From contig NC_043021.1 of the NCBI RefSeq assembly GCF_006345805.1, positions 25,420,001 through 25,484,000 of the forward strand: a stretch of DNA of 64,000 nucleotides, given 5' to 3'. Below the pieces are notes generated by a model. That model made no database searches. It was given only the letters and a program-made list of their open reading frames with translations, and had not been told where the DNA came from. This document shows, in pieces, positions 63,687-64,000 of this stretch. The position numbers and the translations under genes were made by a program. Position 1 is the first letter of the stretch. The number at the start of each line of letters is the position of its first letter. The stretch comes from Octopus sinensis. Taxonomy: Eukaryota.

Positions 63687-64000
63687 GTTCACAAATAAAC
63701 TAAAGAAGTACTCACTACAAACATAAAGTACATTAGTTTCTTTAGGCTGGTCCAGTGGTTTCTTACCCTGGCTCTGCATGCCATGGAAATTCCTAAATAA
63801 CAGACCACCAGACTAGCCTAAATATACACCCCCCCTCTCTCTGTTGACTTTTTCTAAGTAACAATTCCTTCAACATGAAACTAGTATGAACTGTTTGAAA
63901 GGTTTGCTTTACCTTCTTTGGTCAATTCGCTAATACTGGAAGTCTCTGCAATCAATATATGCGATCTTGGTATTTCAAAGAGACATTCTCCACAAGAGAT
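47154..64000 (-). CDS. SETD6: N-lysine methyltransferase SETD6-like (SET plus Rubisco-LSMT substrate-binding domain); 10 exons in window, N-terminus beyond right edge
   Basis: Exons 63913-64000, 61298-61448, 59207-59335, 57783-58014, 55044-55142, 53522-53626, 52331-52411, 49349-49514, 47848-47893, 47154-47316 join in phase. Motifs: [62 protein letters not shown]...LLHMYGF, SWRKLL, YSQKKML. Confidence 0.93.
47848..47893 (-). CDS. SETD6: SETD6 exon
   Basis: (K)[14 protein letters not shown](Q); bridges phase 1 to phase 2. Confidence 0.85.
49349..49514 (-). CDS. SETD6: SETD6 exon (acidic loop)
   Basis: [55 protein letters not shown]; gtaagt donor, GT at 49347-49348. Confidence 0.87.
52331..52411 (-). 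CDS. SETD6: SETD6 exon
   Basis: [27 protein letters not shown]. Confidence 0.88.
53060..53350 (+). mobile_element. tRNA-headed SINE (third family)
   Basis: GAGTTCAATTCCC B-box, then TTGTGTCCTTGAACAAGACACTTTATT..CAGTCCACTCAGCTG; related copy at ~11610-11870. Confidence 0.6.
53522..53626 (-). CDS. SETD6: SETD6 exon
   Basis: [35 protein letters not shown]. Confidence 0.88.
54320..54838 (+). mobile_element. Penelope-like retroelement 3' fragment
   Basis: [39 protein letters not shown] matches the GIY-YIG endonuclease C-terminal half, followed by a 3' region with a hammerhead-like motif. Confidence 0.8.
54722..54768 (+). ncRNA. Hammerhead ribozyme-like motif (Penelope-associated, degenerate)
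   Basis: CTGAAGA(A)-GGCTGG-AGAGTACA-CCAGCC-GAAA gives both catalytic core boxes and a perfect 6-bp stem II; stems I and III are poorly formed. Confidence 0.55.
55044..55142 (-). CDS. SETD6: SETD6 exon
   Basis: [33 protein letters not shown]. Confidence 0.95.
56055..57168 (+). mobile_element. Non-autonomous Helitron-like element
   Basis: 5' TCTATAAAAGGGAGG; 3' CCCGGGCAAGGCCAGGTTATACTGCTAG, sharing the ATACTGCTAG end with 35123-35907. Inserted in a TA tract. Confidence 0.7.
56898..56976. repeat. (TA)n microsatellite
   Basis: Read directly; another (TA)n lies at 57169-57211. Confidence 0.95.
57213..57590 (-). mobile_element. tRNA-derived SINE
   Basis: Same family as 6885-7260. Confidence 0.7.
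57783..58014 (-). CDS. SETD6: SETD6 exon (SET core)
   Basis: [21 protein letters not shown]...[38 protein letters not shown]. Confidence 0.95.
59207..59335 (-). CDS. SETD6: SETD6 exon
   Basis: [42 protein letters not shown](P). Confidence 0.92.
60205..60292. repeat. (TG)n(TA)n(CA)n compound microsatellite
   Basis: Read directly from the sequence. Confidence 0.95.
60293..61237 (+). mobile_element. RTE-type LINE 3' fragment: ORF C-terminus, 3' UTR and (GAT)n tail
   Basis: [53 protein letters not shown]...[13 protein letters not shown], then a UTR ending CATGCTAGCATGGAAAGTGAACGTTAAACGATGATGATG. Confidence 0.9.
61298..61448 (-). CDS. SETD6: SETD6 exon
   Basis: (V)[49 protein letters not shown](E). 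Confidence 0.93.
61608..61730. repeat. (ACT/GCT/ACC)n trinucleotide repeat
   Basis: Read directly; explains the poly-Val/Ala stretch in ORF 61294-61800. Confidence 0.9.
63336..63625 (-). mobile_element. RTE/BovB-like LINE 3' end
   Basis: [34 protein letters not shown]...[23 protein letters not shown] (decayed C-terminal zinc finger) and a (GAT)n tail. Confidence 0.8.
63913..64000 (-). CDS. SETD6: SETD6 exon (partial, cut by window edge)
   Basis: [29 protein letters not shown]; gtaaag donor. Confidence 0.88.

Overview
AT-rich, microsatellite- and transposon-dense animal DNA. The SINE/LINE repertoire and intron sizes look cephalopod (Octopus-like), which is an inference. I assembled three spliced genes by hand; all introns are GT-AG with consistent phases. 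(1) TRMT2A, tRNA m5U54 methyltransferase, minus strand: 15 coding exons from ATG 20780 down to 763, with the 3' end beyond the left edge. (2) RANBP1, plus strand, complete: 6 exons, 28960-45520, 223 aa, plus a second candidate first exon at 30086-30100. (3) SETD6-like lysine methyltransferase, minus strand: 10 exons from 64000 down to 47154, with the 5' end beyond the right edge. TRMT2A and RANBP1 lie head-to-head around a CpG-rich promoter carrying an E2F/CHR composite motif, the same arrangement as the mammalian Htf9 (22q11) bidirectional locus. RANBP1 and SETD6 are tail-to-tail. The introns hold RTE-type LINE relics, SINEs, mariner, hAT, piggyBac and its MITE, a Sola-like MITE, Helitron-like elements, a foldback family with 6-bp TSDs, a three-level nested insertion, a ~1 kb repeat palindrome, and a Penelope relic with a hammerhead-ribozyme-like core. 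Most ORFs in the supplied track are spurious.
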